Notes: generated by a model not told the origin, from the letters alone. Positions 36,253 through 45,707 are shown, counted from the first letter of the stretch. The stretch is DNA of 50,565 nt from a virus (IMGVR_UViG_3300018031_000008:1-50565), one strand, 5' to 3'. A program made the numbers and translations.

Positions 36253-38142
36253 CTACTTCTGTAAATGCGCCTCCCCCGCGTATTGCGCTTTGAGCGCGGG
36301 GTGCGCGTCGAGCACCATCTTGAACGCCTTGTCGTGAGGCACCTCGGGATGCTCCAGCTTGTACGCCGCAATCAGCTGGCGAATCTTGGCGCCCACCTCC
36401 GCATCGGGCACCTCCGTTTCCCCCAAAGGCTCTTGAGGGGTCAGTTCCTTAAAGGACACCAGCTGCGGCATGTCGGTCAACAGCGCCTCCACCAGTTGCC
36501 GCTGGGTCATCTTCTTCTCCACCACGGTAGTGCCCTTCTCATCCTTTTCGGTGAAGACCCGCACCTGCGTTTCGTCGGCACTGTCGAGCAGCGCAATCAC
36601 CTTGGGCTCCCACCGGGGCAGGATCTTCCCCTGGCGCTTTTGCTCGGCCACAAAGGTACGAATGGTCGCCAGACGCTGACCCTGTTGCATCTTGCCCACC
36701 TCTGCTTGCGCCTTGGCGAGCTCCGTGTTCGTCTTCGCCAATTCGGACTCCAGCGTGGTCGTCCGCTCGGCGTTCTTCTTGGATTCGACTTCGTCCGCTT
36801 CGAGAGGGGCAATCTTTGCCTTGAGAGCAGCGATCTCCGCCTTGAGAGCAGCGATCTCCTTCTCTTTCTGCGCCAAAAGCTCCTCATTGTCATTCGGCAT
36901 GTCTGTCTCTCCTGCCACTGCGTGGGCATGTGGGGGGGCGCCAGAGCGCCGTTCCCCCGTCTCGCGGGCGGGATGTTGCTCGCTGTCCGCCACTGTTCCG
37001 TGACAGAATTCCTTGAGAGCATTACAAAACGCTCCTGGGTCGTCTACCGCGTCCGCGACACTGGAATCCATGCAGCGGGTGCGGAACCCTGCGGGGGCAC
37101 CAAACTTGTCGCAGAGACCTTGGTTAAAGCCTTGAAAGGTTTTCGCCACAGGGTCCCAGGTAATTTTGAGTTCCCGTAGGTTCAGAAACTTCATCCGCTC
37201 CACGCAGGGGGGGCACAATTCTTCCATCATCTTCACAGAGAGGCGTACCACCCTCTGACCCCGCTGACTCATGTTGGCCTTAATCGCCGCCTCCTGGTCC
37301 CTCGCGCCCTGCTCCGTGGGGTGACACCCGAGTGTTTCCCCCGTAGACTGCACAATGAGGCACCACTCCTCCCCCCGCTTTTCGATGACGTACGCTTTCA
37401 CTTTCTTGCGGTGCACAAACTGGTAGGCCTCTCGCGGTTCGTAGAGATCGCACAGCGCTTCACTCGCAATCTCTCCGGCCACGAGATAGCAGCCCCCGAT
37501 CCCTTCGGGGTCTCCCAGATAAAACCGGCACACCCCGCAGTGGTCCTCGTCCGCCGCGTCCTCGGTATAGTCCGAGAGCCGATAGTTGACCATGTCTTTC
37601 TCTTTGAGCATCTGGGGGGCGGACATCGGTGCAAGCATCGTGCCTCCCATCTCCCAGTCATAGACCCGGAACTCATTCCCTCGCTCATCGTAGAGGGCCT
37701 CGACCGCTTTCAGCCCCGTGAGTGCAGGAATCTCCGCGCCCAAGAGAGCGACCGCCTTTAGCACACGCGGGAACACCTCTTTCCCCTTTTTGAAATCCCA
37801 ATAGATTTCGGCGGACACCCGCTTGTAGGCGCCCTTCCGAATAACCTCCGCCACCCGCCGAGGCACGTCCACGAAATCCGCCAGGAGCTTCTGTCCCTTC
37901 AGACGAAGATTCTTCACCCACCCCAAGGCGGGCATGCCCTCTTTCTCCAACAGAGCGGTGGCGTCTTTCTCGTTCATGTGCCCGATCTTCAGGGGTGCCT
38001 CGAAGCCGACCTTAGCCGCGGCGTCCACCATAGCCTGCAGATCCTGCACAGAGTACACATCCCCATTATGCGTTCCCGACTCAAAAATCTCCACGCCGGG
38101 CAAGGTCACCGTCTGGGGGTCGTCTTTTTTCTCTTTCGGCAT
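36253..38142 (-). CDS. prohead protease/scaffold (Mu gpI-like) with Cys-rich inserts
   Basis: VEIFESGTHNG, APLKIGH, PALGWV, YKRVSAEI, VALLGAEIPA; C-terminal coiled-coil scaffold. Confidence 0.88.
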   Translation of the reverse strand: MPKEKKDDPQTVTLPGVEIFESGTHNGDVYSVQDLQAMVDAAAKVGFEAPLKIGHMNEKDATALLEKEGMPALGWVKNLRLKGQKLLADFVDVPRRVAEVIRKGAYKRVSAEIYWDFKKGKEVFPRVLKAVALLGAEIPALTGLKAVEALYDERGNEFRVYDWEMGGTMLAPMSAPQMLKEKDMVNYRLSDYTEDAADEDHCGVCRFYLGDPEGIGGCYLVAGEIASEALCDLYEPREAYQFVHRKKVKAYVIEKRGEEWCLIVQSTGETLGCHPTEQGARDQEAAIKANMSQRGQRVVRLSVKMMEELCPPCVERMKFLNLRELKITWDPVAKTFQGFNQGLCDKFGAPAGFRTRCMDSSVADAVDDPGAFCNALKEFCHGTVADSEQHPARETGERRSGAPPHAHAVAGETDMPNDNEELLAQKEKEIAALKAEIAALKAKIAPLEADEVESKKNAERTTTLESELAKTNTELAKAQAEVGKMQQGQRLATIRTFVAEQKRQGKILPRWEPKVIALLDSADETQVRVFTEKDEKGTTVVEKKMTQRQLVEALLTDMPQLVSFKELTPQEPLGETEVPDAEVGAKIRQLIAAYKLEHPEVPHDKAFKMVLDAHPALKAQYAGEAHLQK

Positions 38143-38173
38143 CGCATGGCCTTTCGTCGCGACTCAGCGCATC

Positions 38174-38419
38174 CTATTTCGCGTACCGACTGACACCATT
38201 CTCCTGCATGCGAAAGCCGCACATCGGGCAGAAGGGCACATTCTGATCCCCCACCTTTCCCCCCACCTGCGTCTTCGTCACGCCCCGGTCCGTGGCGCAG
38301 AAAAAGGAGCGCACAACCGAGTGGGGGGCTGGCTGATGCTCAACAACCACGTGTAACTCTTTCCCTGGCAGGACCTTATCCTGTTTCTTCGTCGGAGGAA
38401 CCTGTCTGTCGCGCACCAT
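38174..38419 (-). CDS. small zinc-ribbon-like protein
   Basis: FCATD...FCPMCG; AAGGAGG RBS. Confidence 0.6.
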   Translation of the reverse strand: MVRDRQVPPTKKQDKVLPGKELHVVVEHQPAPHSVVRSFFCATDRGVTKTQVGGKVGDQNVPFCPMCGFRMQENGVSRYAK

Positions 38420-38434
38420 GCTGTGCCTCCTTTC

Positions 38435-38689
38435 TCAGCTTTTCTTAAAAAACCACCCCACGAGCGTGAACAGCGCAGCGACACTGAAGGAGACAATCGC
38501 GGAGGCCAGGCTCGTCTTGGCTTTGAAGGCGACGGTGTCGCTTTCCAGCCCTCGCACACGCGGTTCTAAGCCATCGGGGCCGAACAAAGCGTGCCCCCAG
38601 CGTTCAGAGTCGCGCGTGACCTGTTCCTTGAGATCGTCCACCTTTTGCTCAATGCGCCCCAGGGCGGTCTGGACACTCTCATCGCTCAT
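38435..38689 (-). CDS. coiled-coil protein with C-terminal TM
   Basis: LGRIEQKVDDLKEQV...AIVSFSVAALFTLVGWFF. Confidence 0.65.
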   Translation of the reverse strand: MSDESVQTALGRIEQKVDDLKEQVTRDSERWGHALFGPDGLEPRVRGLESDTVAFKAKTSLASAIVSFSVAALFTLVGWFFKKS

Positions 38690-38701
38690 CAGGACTTCCA
38701 C

Positions 38702-39073
38702 TCAGGCCACGGGAATCCATACAAACTCGGCACCCCCCGTTGCCACCGTCGCGTTAACGATCAACGCCTCATTGGGCTCTGTTTGCTTCCAGCCGTGTTT
38801 GTTGTACGGCCACACGATCTCCCCATTGGCCCCGAGGGACAGGGTCGAGGACACAGTGTTCGGCCCGCTCTTCAGGCGCACAGAGACGGCGAGGACAGAA
38901 TGGATAATGAGACCCAACAACCGCACACGCACGCCTGCGCCTTGCGCCACCACGAGCGTGTTGTCCCCCACACTGAAGTCCACCGTCCCGCGTACCACCG
39001 CACGCAACACACTGTTCTCGTCCACCACCTTGCCACTGAAGTCTTCGTACGTCTTGAGGTCGCCTACCGCCAT
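38702..39073 (-). CDS. hypothetical beta-rich protein, possibly virion-associated
   Basis: GGGAG RBS; head operon position. Confidence 0.65.
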   Translation of the reverse strand: MAVGDLKTYEDFSGKVVDENSVLRAVVRGTVDFSVGDNTLVVAQGAGVRVRLLGLIIHSVLAVSVRLKSGPNTVSSTLSLGANGEIVWPYNKHGWKQTEPNEALIVNATVATGGAEFVWIPVA

Positions 39074-39106
39074 GCGTCCGTGCTCCCTCATCTCACGAGG
39101 AGAGAA

Positions 39107-41719
39107 TTACTCCCCTTTGTCTTTTCTTTTAGGGAACCGAGGCTGGCTCGGGTCAAAATCATACGCACCATTCTCGTCCCTCTGAGAAAATCCCGTGGCC
39201 TTCAGCGTCAGCCCTTTCCCGATCTCCCCCGGGGTGGCAAAGAGCACAGGGGCCTCCTCGCGCGTGATGGGAATAAGAAGGGCCCTACAGTTGAAATGAT
39301 TCGGGGGCGTCAGTTGCGCCAGGGCATCACTGTCAGGGCGAAAGAGGAGGGTGTCGAGATACCGACACACTTCCGTGGTCCGTTCATCGAGGATCGCGGA
39401 ATACTGCCAGCCGATCACATACCCACTTGTCACCTGATCCTCGACAGCATCCTTCATCCCCTCGGTGAAGGCCTCTGTGGCATTCGTGCGGAGAATTGTG
39501 TTCAAGCGATAGGGCATCACCTGCTCTTCCTTGTCGGGGTCCAATTCGAGCGGATCGCCGAGATAGGGGACAAAGAGATCCTGCAACTTGCGAATGGTCT
39601 CGGTGCTACTCTCCCCCGTCTTCATCGCATTCCAGAGGATGTTTTGCGCCTCCGCCGTCAGCCGGTCCCGCAGCACGCCCGTGATCCAAAAGGCTTTCTG
39701 CTCAAAGAACTGAAGAGCTTTCTCGGGAGGCATCCCCACATCGGTGCGCACCTGGAAGGTCGGAACCGCCTTCGCCAGCATATCGCGGGCCTCCCGCTGG
39801 CCGAGCACATATCCCCGCCGAAGGAAGTCCTGCACCACCCGCACGAGATCCCCTTTGTATTTCAGCGCGAGAGACCGCACATAGGCGGGAGTCAGATCCG
39901 CGCCCTGGCGGGCCACCTCCTGCGCCAGCACCTCGCGCGAGCGCTCCAGAACTTTGCGCACCTGGGCGTGAGTCTTGTCTTGCACCGCCGTGAGCGTTTC
40001 CTCCACCCGGGCAAAGTTGACCTTGCGCTCGAGGGCGGTGGGCGGACGGGAGAGGGCATAAACTGCACCCCGGGGCGTGACTTTTTTCAGGAGAGCACGC
40101 ATAGCCGCCTGACGAGGATGCTGAGGATTCTCGTCCAGATAGTCTTGCAACATCTCCACTTCGTACAGGTTGAGTTTCTCCCCCCCACTCAGCAGAAAAC
40201 AGCCAAAACACGCTCCCCCCCGCGTCTCATCCACAAAACCGCACTTCGTACAGGCCCCATACCCAGGGTCACCGTCTAAGATCTCGAAATCGGGAAGAGA
40301 GGATTCTTTCCGAGCAGCCAGAGCGGTGCGGTACCGAGCAAAGAATGAGCGTGTCTTCTTTACCCCTACGGAAGATTCAGGGGGATTCTCAGGGGGAATC
40401 TCTTCCTCGGGGGGCTCTGGAGGCTCCGGCACAGCGGGCACTGCTGTCGTGTCGCGCTCGGGGAAGCCTGTCAGCACGCGAATATGATCCTCATCCTCCG
40501 CTGTGGGGCGCACAGCAGCCACCGACACCGCCTTAAGCCACGCGTCAAACAGCTGCATCGTGCCCATCTCCGTGTAGGGCTTAAATTCAAACTGCGGCGG
40601 GTCGCGATCCGCGAAGTTGATGCCCAGCAGCCGAGCGAAGAGTTGATTCTGAATGACATCTTCGCGGAGATCCCGACGAATATCGTCCAAGATCAACAGG
40701 AAGACATCAAAATGTTTCCGCGCCTGCGCATAGGCACCGATATCGGGTTGGGGGGAGATGCCCAGCATCGAGGGCACAAGAAGGGCGCGGGCAATCGCGA
40801 GATCGAGCTTGTCTATCGTCCGTTCAAAGATGATCGCGCCCTGGGCCGAGGCCTCTTTGAGATCGATGGTGTACCGATCCGGGTACGTGATCGTCGTGTT
40901 GGCTTGGAGATTCTCGAGGGCCGTGCGCAGCGCGAGGACATCTTCGGCGCGGGTGCCTGACGTATACTTCCCTAACGTGATAGGAATCCCAAAGCGCTCC
41001 AGGAAAATCAACCACCACCGGAGGACGTTGTCCTTGGCCCACCAGGGACGATACGCGGCCCGGAGATCACTCAGCCCATACCAGTTGCCGAATTGGCGCT
41101 GGAAGGAATACAGCAAAAACTTCTCGATGGGGTATTTGTTCTGGCCCTGACGGACACCATCCGGAAACAAATTGCCATGCGCGTCCTGCGCAAAATAGAA
41201 CGTGTGGGGCTTCCGGGTCTTGAGGGTGCGGAGGCCCACCTTGCCCGCCCACGGACCCGTCTCATACACGGTATAGAGGATCTCCGTGACGGAAAAGCCA
41301 AAGTCTACTGCGGAGAGAATTTCTTCGAGACAGTCATCGAAGGACCCATAGAGAGGATCAAAGTGCGTGAGGACATACTCAAAAAATTCTTTGACGTCTT
41401 GATCCTCGGGGGCATCCGAGGCCGCCTGAATCTCCCATCCCGTGGAGAGGACGGAGCCCTTCTTGAGTTTGAGAGCCGCCTTGACCTGGTCGTCCGTGCG
41501 CATCTTCTCATACGTCCAGAGACCCTTCCGCTGCGCGAGGTCATCATCGGGATTGTAAGGAGAGAGAGGCCAATGTTGGAACGCGGGGGATTCGTTCGTG
41601 GACACTTCGTCCAAAACCGGACGACGGGAGGTGTCGAGACGGGGGGGAACCCCCCCATTCGAGGGAGGCGTTTTCGCGAAGAGGGCAGTGACCCACGTGG
41701 GCCACTCGAGAACAGCCAT
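39107..41719 (-). CDS. portal protein (DUF935/Mu gp29-like) fused to a MuF-like head morphogenesis domain
   Basis: Portal: YEKMRTDDQVKAAL, FGFSVTEI, NWYGLSDLRAAY, FLERFGIP; MuF: RLNTILRTN, YSAILDERTTEVC, PPNHFNCRA; one 870-aa ORF. Confidence 0.9.
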   Translation of the reverse strand: MAVLEWPTWVTALFAKTPPSNGGVPPRLDTSRRPVLDEVSTNESPAFQHWPLSPYNPDDDLAQRKGLWTYEKMRTDDQVKAALKLKKGSVLSTGWEIQAASDAPEDQDVKEFFEYVLTHFDPLYGSFDDCLEEILSAVDFGFSVTEILYTVYETGPWAGKVGLRTLKTRKPHTFYFAQDAHGNLFPDGVRQGQNKYPIEKFLLYSFQRQFGNWYGLSDLRAAYRPWWAKDNVLRWWLIFLERFGIPITLGKYTSGTRAEDVLALRTALENLQANTTITYPDRYTIDLKEASAQGAIIFERTIDKLDLAIARALLVPSMLGISPQPDIGAYAQARKHFDVFLLILDDIRRDLREDVIQNQLFARLLGINFADRDPPQFEFKPYTEMGTMQLFDAWLKAVSVAAVRPTAEDEDHIRVLTGFPERDTTAVPAVPEPPEPPEEEIPPENPPESSVGVKKTRSFFARYRTALAARKESSLPDFEILDGDPGYGACTKCGFVDETRGGACFGCFLLSGGEKLNLYEVEMLQDYLDENPQHPRQAAMRALLKKVTPRGAVYALSRPPTALERKVNFARVEETLTAVQDKTHAQVRKVLERSREVLAQEVARQGADLTPAYVRSLALKYKGDLVRVVQDFLRRGYVLGQREARDMLAKAVPTFQVRTDVGMPPEKALQFFEQKAFWITGVLRDRLTAEAQNILWNAMKTGESSTETIRKLQDLFVPYLGDPLELDPDKEEQVMPYRLNTILRTNATEAFTEGMKDAVEDQVTSGYVIGWQYSAILDERTTEVCRYLDTLLFRPDSDALAQLTPPNHFNCRALLIPITREEAPVLFATPGEIGKGLTLKATGFSQRDENGAYDFDPSQPRFPKRKDKGE

Positions 41720-41727
41720 GCGGAGGC

Positions 41728-41869
41728 GTCCTGAGCCATCGAAGGCATTAGACTATCAAAACAATAAATCCTGTGCCTGGGTGCCGAGGCCCCAGGCTTG
41801 CGCCACGGGTTTCCTCGGCTTTATCGGGGGCCTTCCTAGGAGGCCACTCGACTATCTGCCCAGGACACT
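41728..41869 (-). ncRNA. candidate structured leader/ncRNA upstream of portal
   Basis: Closing stem GTCCTGGGC/GCTCAGGAC, GGCCT/AGGCC hairpin, GCCGAGG/CCTCGGC stem capped by GGC-GCAA-GCC. Confidence 0.5.
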
Positions 41870-41875
41870 GCCCCT

Positions 41876-41904
41876 ACTTTACTCCCCTGTTCTCCCCAAC
41901 ACAA
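41876..41904 (-). promoter_or_regulatory. sigma70-like promoter
   Basis: TTGTGT-N17-TAAAGT; shares TTCTTGTGTTGGG with the promoter at 45024-45052. Confidence 0.55.
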
Positions 41905-41924
41905 GAACAAAATTCCTTTTTTTC

Positions 41925-43409
41925 TCACCAGGGGTCCCGTGCCCCCATCACCCGGGTGCCCCCCATCTGGATCCCCCTTTCGCTTCCCACCCCCCGATCT
42001 CGCAGATAGGCCAACGCCTGAGTCAACGCATCCACTTGATCATCATGCGCCCCCGTGGGGAAGGCCCCCATCTCCTCCAGAAAGTCGGCGAGCCAGGGGG
42101 CCTGTTCTGGCAGAAACACCCGTCCGGCTTCAATCAAGGGCGTCACGGCCGTCGCCCGGGCCACTTTGTCTCTATCCACAGGCACGGGGAGCACGGGGAG
42201 CGTCGTCTCCCGTTGCAGTTCTTGAATAAGGGACGTGCCTGAGGCTTTATCCTCAATAAGAATCGCATGAGGGCGGTCCCGGTCTGCTCGCGCCACGAGA
42301 TAGCGCTTGAGTTCGGGGAACTCTTCACGCTCGCGCCACTGATCGAGCAGATAGTACCCCTGTCCGTCTTCCCCCCACACTTGCAACACGGAGTAACTCG
42401 TTTCCTCTCCCGTCTTGAAGGCCGTGTCCAGAGAGTACATCAGAAAACGAAAAGCCTCTGGCGTGAACGAATGGTAGCGCCACCAGGCGAGGCGCATAAT
42501 GTTTCCCTTTTCCTCAATCGGGCGTTGCTGCCACACCGAGGCCCACACCCGCGAGCCCACTGTCCGCTGAATACCCCCCAGATCTGCGGTCGAATAGCGC
42601 TCGGGCCACAAGGCCTCCCCCCTGCGCCGATGGGGTTCCTCCTCTTCCGCCAAGGCGGGCAAGCGGATCACCGTCCACGCCTCCCCCCCTGTGGCCGCCT
42701 CCGCCAACAGACGCCCCGCGAGGTCGTCCGTGCGGGTCCGGGTCATCATCAACACAACGGCCCCCTCGGGTGCTAACCGGCTGTAGGCCGCCGTCTGATA
42801 CCAGTCCCAGACCCGTTGGTGCACCACCGACGAGTCCGCCTCTTGCAGCTTGACGGGGTCGTCAATCAAGAGCAAGTGGGCCCCTCGTCCCGTGATTGCA
42901 CCCCCCACCCCCGCCGCCACGTAGGCGCCCCCAGTGGTCGTGTTCCATCGCCCCGCCGCGTGGGAATCGGGGGTGAGGAGACACGTGGGGAAAATACGCC
43001 GCCCCATAGAGGAATCCGTGAGGTTCCGCACCTTGCGCCCAAAGTCTGTCGCGAGTTCCGCCCCGTAGGAGGTCGCAATGACGTCTCGCTCCGGGTGCCG
43101 GCCCAGATACCACGCGGGGAAGCGAATAGAGGTGAGCTCCGACTTCCCGTGACGAGGAGGCGTAAAGATCATCAGACGCCGAATTTTTCCCCGTTCGACG
43201 TCCTCCAACGCCGCCGCGATTGTCTCGTGGTGCCAGGAGACCACATAGCGAGGGAAGGTGAGTTGAGCAAAGGGGAGAACAGCGGTTTGGGCGGCACGGA
43301 GGGCTAACTCTTCCACCATGGGGCGGGCCTGAGCGAGAGGGGCCCCCGGAGGCGTCGGTCGCTTAGGAGGGCCTGGGGACCGGGCGGGGGCGAGACGCGG
43401 GGCGGCCAT
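41925..43409 (-). CDS. terL: terminase large subunit
   Basis: PPRHGKSE Walker A, GGAITGRGAHLLLIDDPVK Walker B, SLDTAFK, IEDKASG, FPTGAHDDQVDA; GGAGG RBS before 43409. Confidence 0.95.
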   Translation of the reverse strand: MAAPRLAPARSPGPPKRPTPPGAPLAQARPMVEELALRAAQTAVLPFAQLTFPRYVVSWHHETIAAALEDVERGKIRRLMIFTPPRHGKSELTSIRFPAWYLGRHPERDVIATSYGAELATDFGRKVRNLTDSSMGRRIFPTCLLTPDSHAAGRWNTTTGGAYVAAGVGGAITGRGAHLLLIDDPVKLQEADSSVVHQRVWDWYQTAAYSRLAPEGAVVLMMTRTRTDDLAGRLLAEAATGGEAWTVIRLPALAEEEEPHRRRGEALWPERYSTADLGGIQRTVGSRVWASVWQQRPIEEKGNIMRLAWWRYHSFTPEAFRFLMYSLDTAFKTGEETSYSVLQVWGEDGQGYYLLDQWREREEFPELKRYLVARADRDRPHAILIEDKASGTSLIQELQRETTLPVLPVPVDRDKVARATAVTPLIEAGRVFLPEQAPWLADFLEEMGAFPTGAHDDQVDALTQALAYLRDRGVGSERGIQMGGTRVMGARDPW

Positions 43410-43782
43410 TGTTCCCTCCAAAGGCGCGGAACACGATGTCGAGGAGGCGCTCGGTGGGCACTTCTGCGAGGGCATGCTGAATGGGGCCCCCATCGCGCCC
43501 GCCAATCTCCAGACGATCGGGGAGGATAGACTTCCACAGCAACGCTTCTAAGTGAGGAGCATCCCCGCGCACAATCCGACGGCGGACAGAATCTTGGTAG
43601 GACACATCGTCGAGGAGACTGGTGAAGAAGGTCTTGATTTCGCGCGTGGTTTTATTGGGGATCCCTTTGGGGCGTCCTGTCGGATTCGGGCAGACGCCCT
43701 TGAGGAACTTTCCCTTCGCCCCTCGGGCAATCGGGGCCGCAGCGGGGCGGGACGTCGTGCGGCGGGGACTGCGAATTCTCAT
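43363..43782 (-). CDS. terS: terminase small subunit (DUF5681-like N-terminus)
   Basis: GKFLKGVCPNPTGRPKGIPNKTT and LEIGGRDGGPIQ; directly upstream of terL. Confidence 0.8.
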   Translation of the reverse strand: MRIRSPRRTTSRPAAAPIARGAKGKFLKGVCPNPTGRPKGIPNKTTREIKTFFTSLLDDVSYQDSVRRRIVRGDAPHLEALLWKSILPDRLEIGGRDGGPIQHALAEVPTERLLDIVFRAFGGNNGRPASRPRPVPRPS

Positions 43783-43830
43783 CCATCGGTCACAGGCCAG
43801 AATCGGCACACCAGCGGGGGGCTCACCGCC

Positions 43831-44109
43831 TTACGCCCTAAAGGGGTTGGGCTGTCCGGTAAGAGTTTCATCCTTGGCGGCCACGGCTTCCCACAGCGCG
43901 CCAAACTTCGCGGTCTTTTCCGCACTATCGAAAACAGCAGCCCATCGCGCTTGGCCGTCTAGGGCATCGTCACTCTCATCCCACATCCCCGCACTGATGA
44001 CGACTTCGTAGCGCGAGAGAGTACCAAGGCGGAAGAAATGAACGATAAGCGTACGCCGGGCGACGGCGAAAGCATCGAGTGTATCTTGTCCATTTATCTT
44101 CACTGCCAT
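43831..44109 (-). CDS. hypothetical protein
   Basis: Operon context. Confidence 0.6.
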   Translation of the reverse strand: MAVKINGQDTLDAFAVARRTLIVHFFRLGTLSRYEVVISAGMWDESDDALDGQARWAAVFDSAEKTAKFGALWEAVAAKDETLTGQPNPFRA

Positions 44110-44360
44110 GGAGGACCGTTTCCTCCACTTTTGTTATGAATAATCAACACGGCACGATCCACACGCTTTTCTTTTGGAAAACACCAACATGGCTTTCCCC
44201 CTGTCTCATGGTGTTCTGTCGTGGGATAGACATGAAATCTCATCGGCCATTTTCCATTCCACTGCCCTTGACACTTAGGACATTTATAGCCACGAAAAGA
44301 TTCTCCCAAGTCAAGTTGGCTATTATCACACCAAGGGCAATAGACAGATCCCTCACTCAT
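44100..44360 (-). CDS. zinc-ribbon protein
   Basis: CPWC...CPKC; HHETGGKPCWCFP. Confidence 0.6.
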   Translation of the reverse strand: MSEGSVYCPWCDNSQLDLGESFRGYKCPKCQGQWNGKWPMRFHVYPTTEHHETGGKPCWCFPKEKRVDRAVLIIHNKSGGNGPPWQ

Positions 44361-44484
44361 CTTATGGAAGGAGCCACAGGATCAGCACTAGAAGCACCCA
44401 CCAGAGCGTGACCCCGATCACCATCCACTCATCTCCTCTTGCACCTTCATGCGTGACCACCGGCTTTCACAGGAGAAGAACACC

Positions 44485-44649
44485 TCACGGATTCACCGGA
44501 TGGATGAGGGCTGAGAACTCTTTCTCAAGCCATGCCCGGCACACCTCCCTCCATGCCCGATCCACCGTCCTCAACATCCGCAACGCCTCCTGCGCCTTTA
44601 GTGCCACTGCGAGCTCGCTCGGGTGTGTGCCCTCCCGATACGCGATCAC
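44485..44649 (-). CDS. 54-aa hypothetical protein (not in ORF track)
   Basis: GTG directly after upstream stop; MIAYREGTHPSELAVALKAQEALRML... Confidence 0.45.
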   Translation of the reverse strand: MIAYREGTHPSELAVALKAQEALRMLRTVDRAWREVCRAWLEKEFSALIHPVNP

Positions 44650-44650
44650 G

Positions 44651-44977
44651 TTAATACCCCGCGTCCCGCAGAAGCGTCACCCCATCACTCCCCTCGCCAT
44701 CCGCGGCGTGGGCCACCTGGAGGGCCAGACCGAGGGGCAGCGACAAGAGGATTGCCAGTTCACACAGACCTTTCGACTGCACGTCTGTGGGCGTCGCCAG
44801 ACCTTTCTCGACTACCGCAAGTTGCAGAGGGCACAAGAAGGGGCTCTCGGCTTCCCCCGCCCTCCGAAAACGGAGACTCTGCCACGGGTGACCCCCCGTC
44901 CCGATCCAGGACGGGCGGTCTTCCGTGTACCGCCCGCTGCATCGAGCCCCGTCAATCACATCACTGACCCGGTCCAT
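44651..44977 (-). CDS. hypothetical protein, paralog of 45708-46022
   Basis: MDRVSDVIDGARCSGRY...LCPL...LSLPL...AADGEGSDGVTLLRDAGY. Confidence 0.75.
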   Translation of the reverse strand: MDRVSDVIDGARCSGRYTEDRPSWIGTGGHPWQSLRFRRAGEAESPFLCPLQLAVVEKGLATPTDVQSKGLCELAILLSLPLGLALQVAHAADGEGSDGVTLLRDAGY

Positions 44978-45023
44978 GCGTTGGTGCCCTCTTCCTCGCG
45001 TCTACTCAGCACGGCATAGGGGA

Positions 45024-45052
45024 AGTATACCCCGAACATGGACCCAACACAA
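45024..45052 (-). promoter_or_regulatory. sigma70-like promoter
   Basis: TTGTGT-N17-TATACT with AT-rich upstream element. Confidence 0.6.
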
Positions 45053-45147
45053 GAAAATAATTACGTTCCGTTTCCCTAGGGCATCACGTTCTGAGGGGCC
45101 TTCCGATAGCGCCCCCATTCTGCGTGGTTGGGGCAACGAACTGTGTG

Positions 45148-45321
45148 TCATCCATGGTCTATCTCCTTTTTGGGCCGGGTCAAATTAATATCAATACGGA
45201 TTAGTGTCACGCCAACTTTATACGCTTTGACACAGTTGAGCTCTGCTTTGTCCATTCCCATGACTGTTAAACTTCTCAGAACCAGCAGAACATCTTCTTC
45301 CACGAGATCTTTAGTTTCCAC
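45148..45321 (-). CDS. 57-aa hypothetical protein (not in ORF track)
   Basis: GGAGGGAAGG RBS, GTG start; METKDLVEEDVLLVLRSL... Confidence 0.5.
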   Translation of the reverse strand: METKDLVEEDVLLVLRSLTVMGMDKAELNCVKAYKVGVTLIRIDINLTRPKKEIDHG

Positions 45322-45373
45322 GATAGTCCTTCCCTCCTGCGTGCTTCTCCATCAAAGTCACACGGGGGCACAG

Positions 45374-45706
45374 TCAGGTGGCGTGGGACGCATCCACGGA
45401 CTCCTTAAACTCTTGTACCTCAGCGTACACGAGGTAATACAGTTTCCATGCGTGGACAAAGTCATTACGCTCCACCGCAGCGAGAAACCCCACATTAATC
45501 TCAGCGAAGCGATGAGAAAACCCTACAGGGGGATACATGCAGGGCTTACTACACAACCACTTCTTAAACTCCTGCCCCCAATAAGGGGAAATTGTCACGA
45601 GGACTTCTCCGAGTACGCAAGATTTTAGATTACGGGCGCACTCCTCATCTTTCTGAGTAAAACCCCCTGCCATTTCTGCCCTCGTAATCCGTTCGGCCCA
45701 GTTCAT
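45374..45706 (-). CDS. hypothetical protein
   Basis: Start MNWAERI just after upstream stop. Confidence 0.6.
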   Translation of the reverse strand: MNWAERITRAEMAGGFTQKDEECARNLKSCVLGEVLVTISPYWGQEFKKWLCSKPCMYPPVGFSHRFAEINVGFLAAVERNDFVHAWKLYYLVYAEVQEFKESVDASHAT

Positions 45707-45707
45707 A

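Noticed and set aside
36817-36859. 21-bp tandem repeat
   Set aside because: Encodes the EIAALKA heptad of the scaffold coiled coil; ordinary coding repeat.
38591-40279. 562-aa plus-strand ORF
   Set aside because: Antisense shadow of the GC-rich portal-MuF gene; no recognisable motifs.
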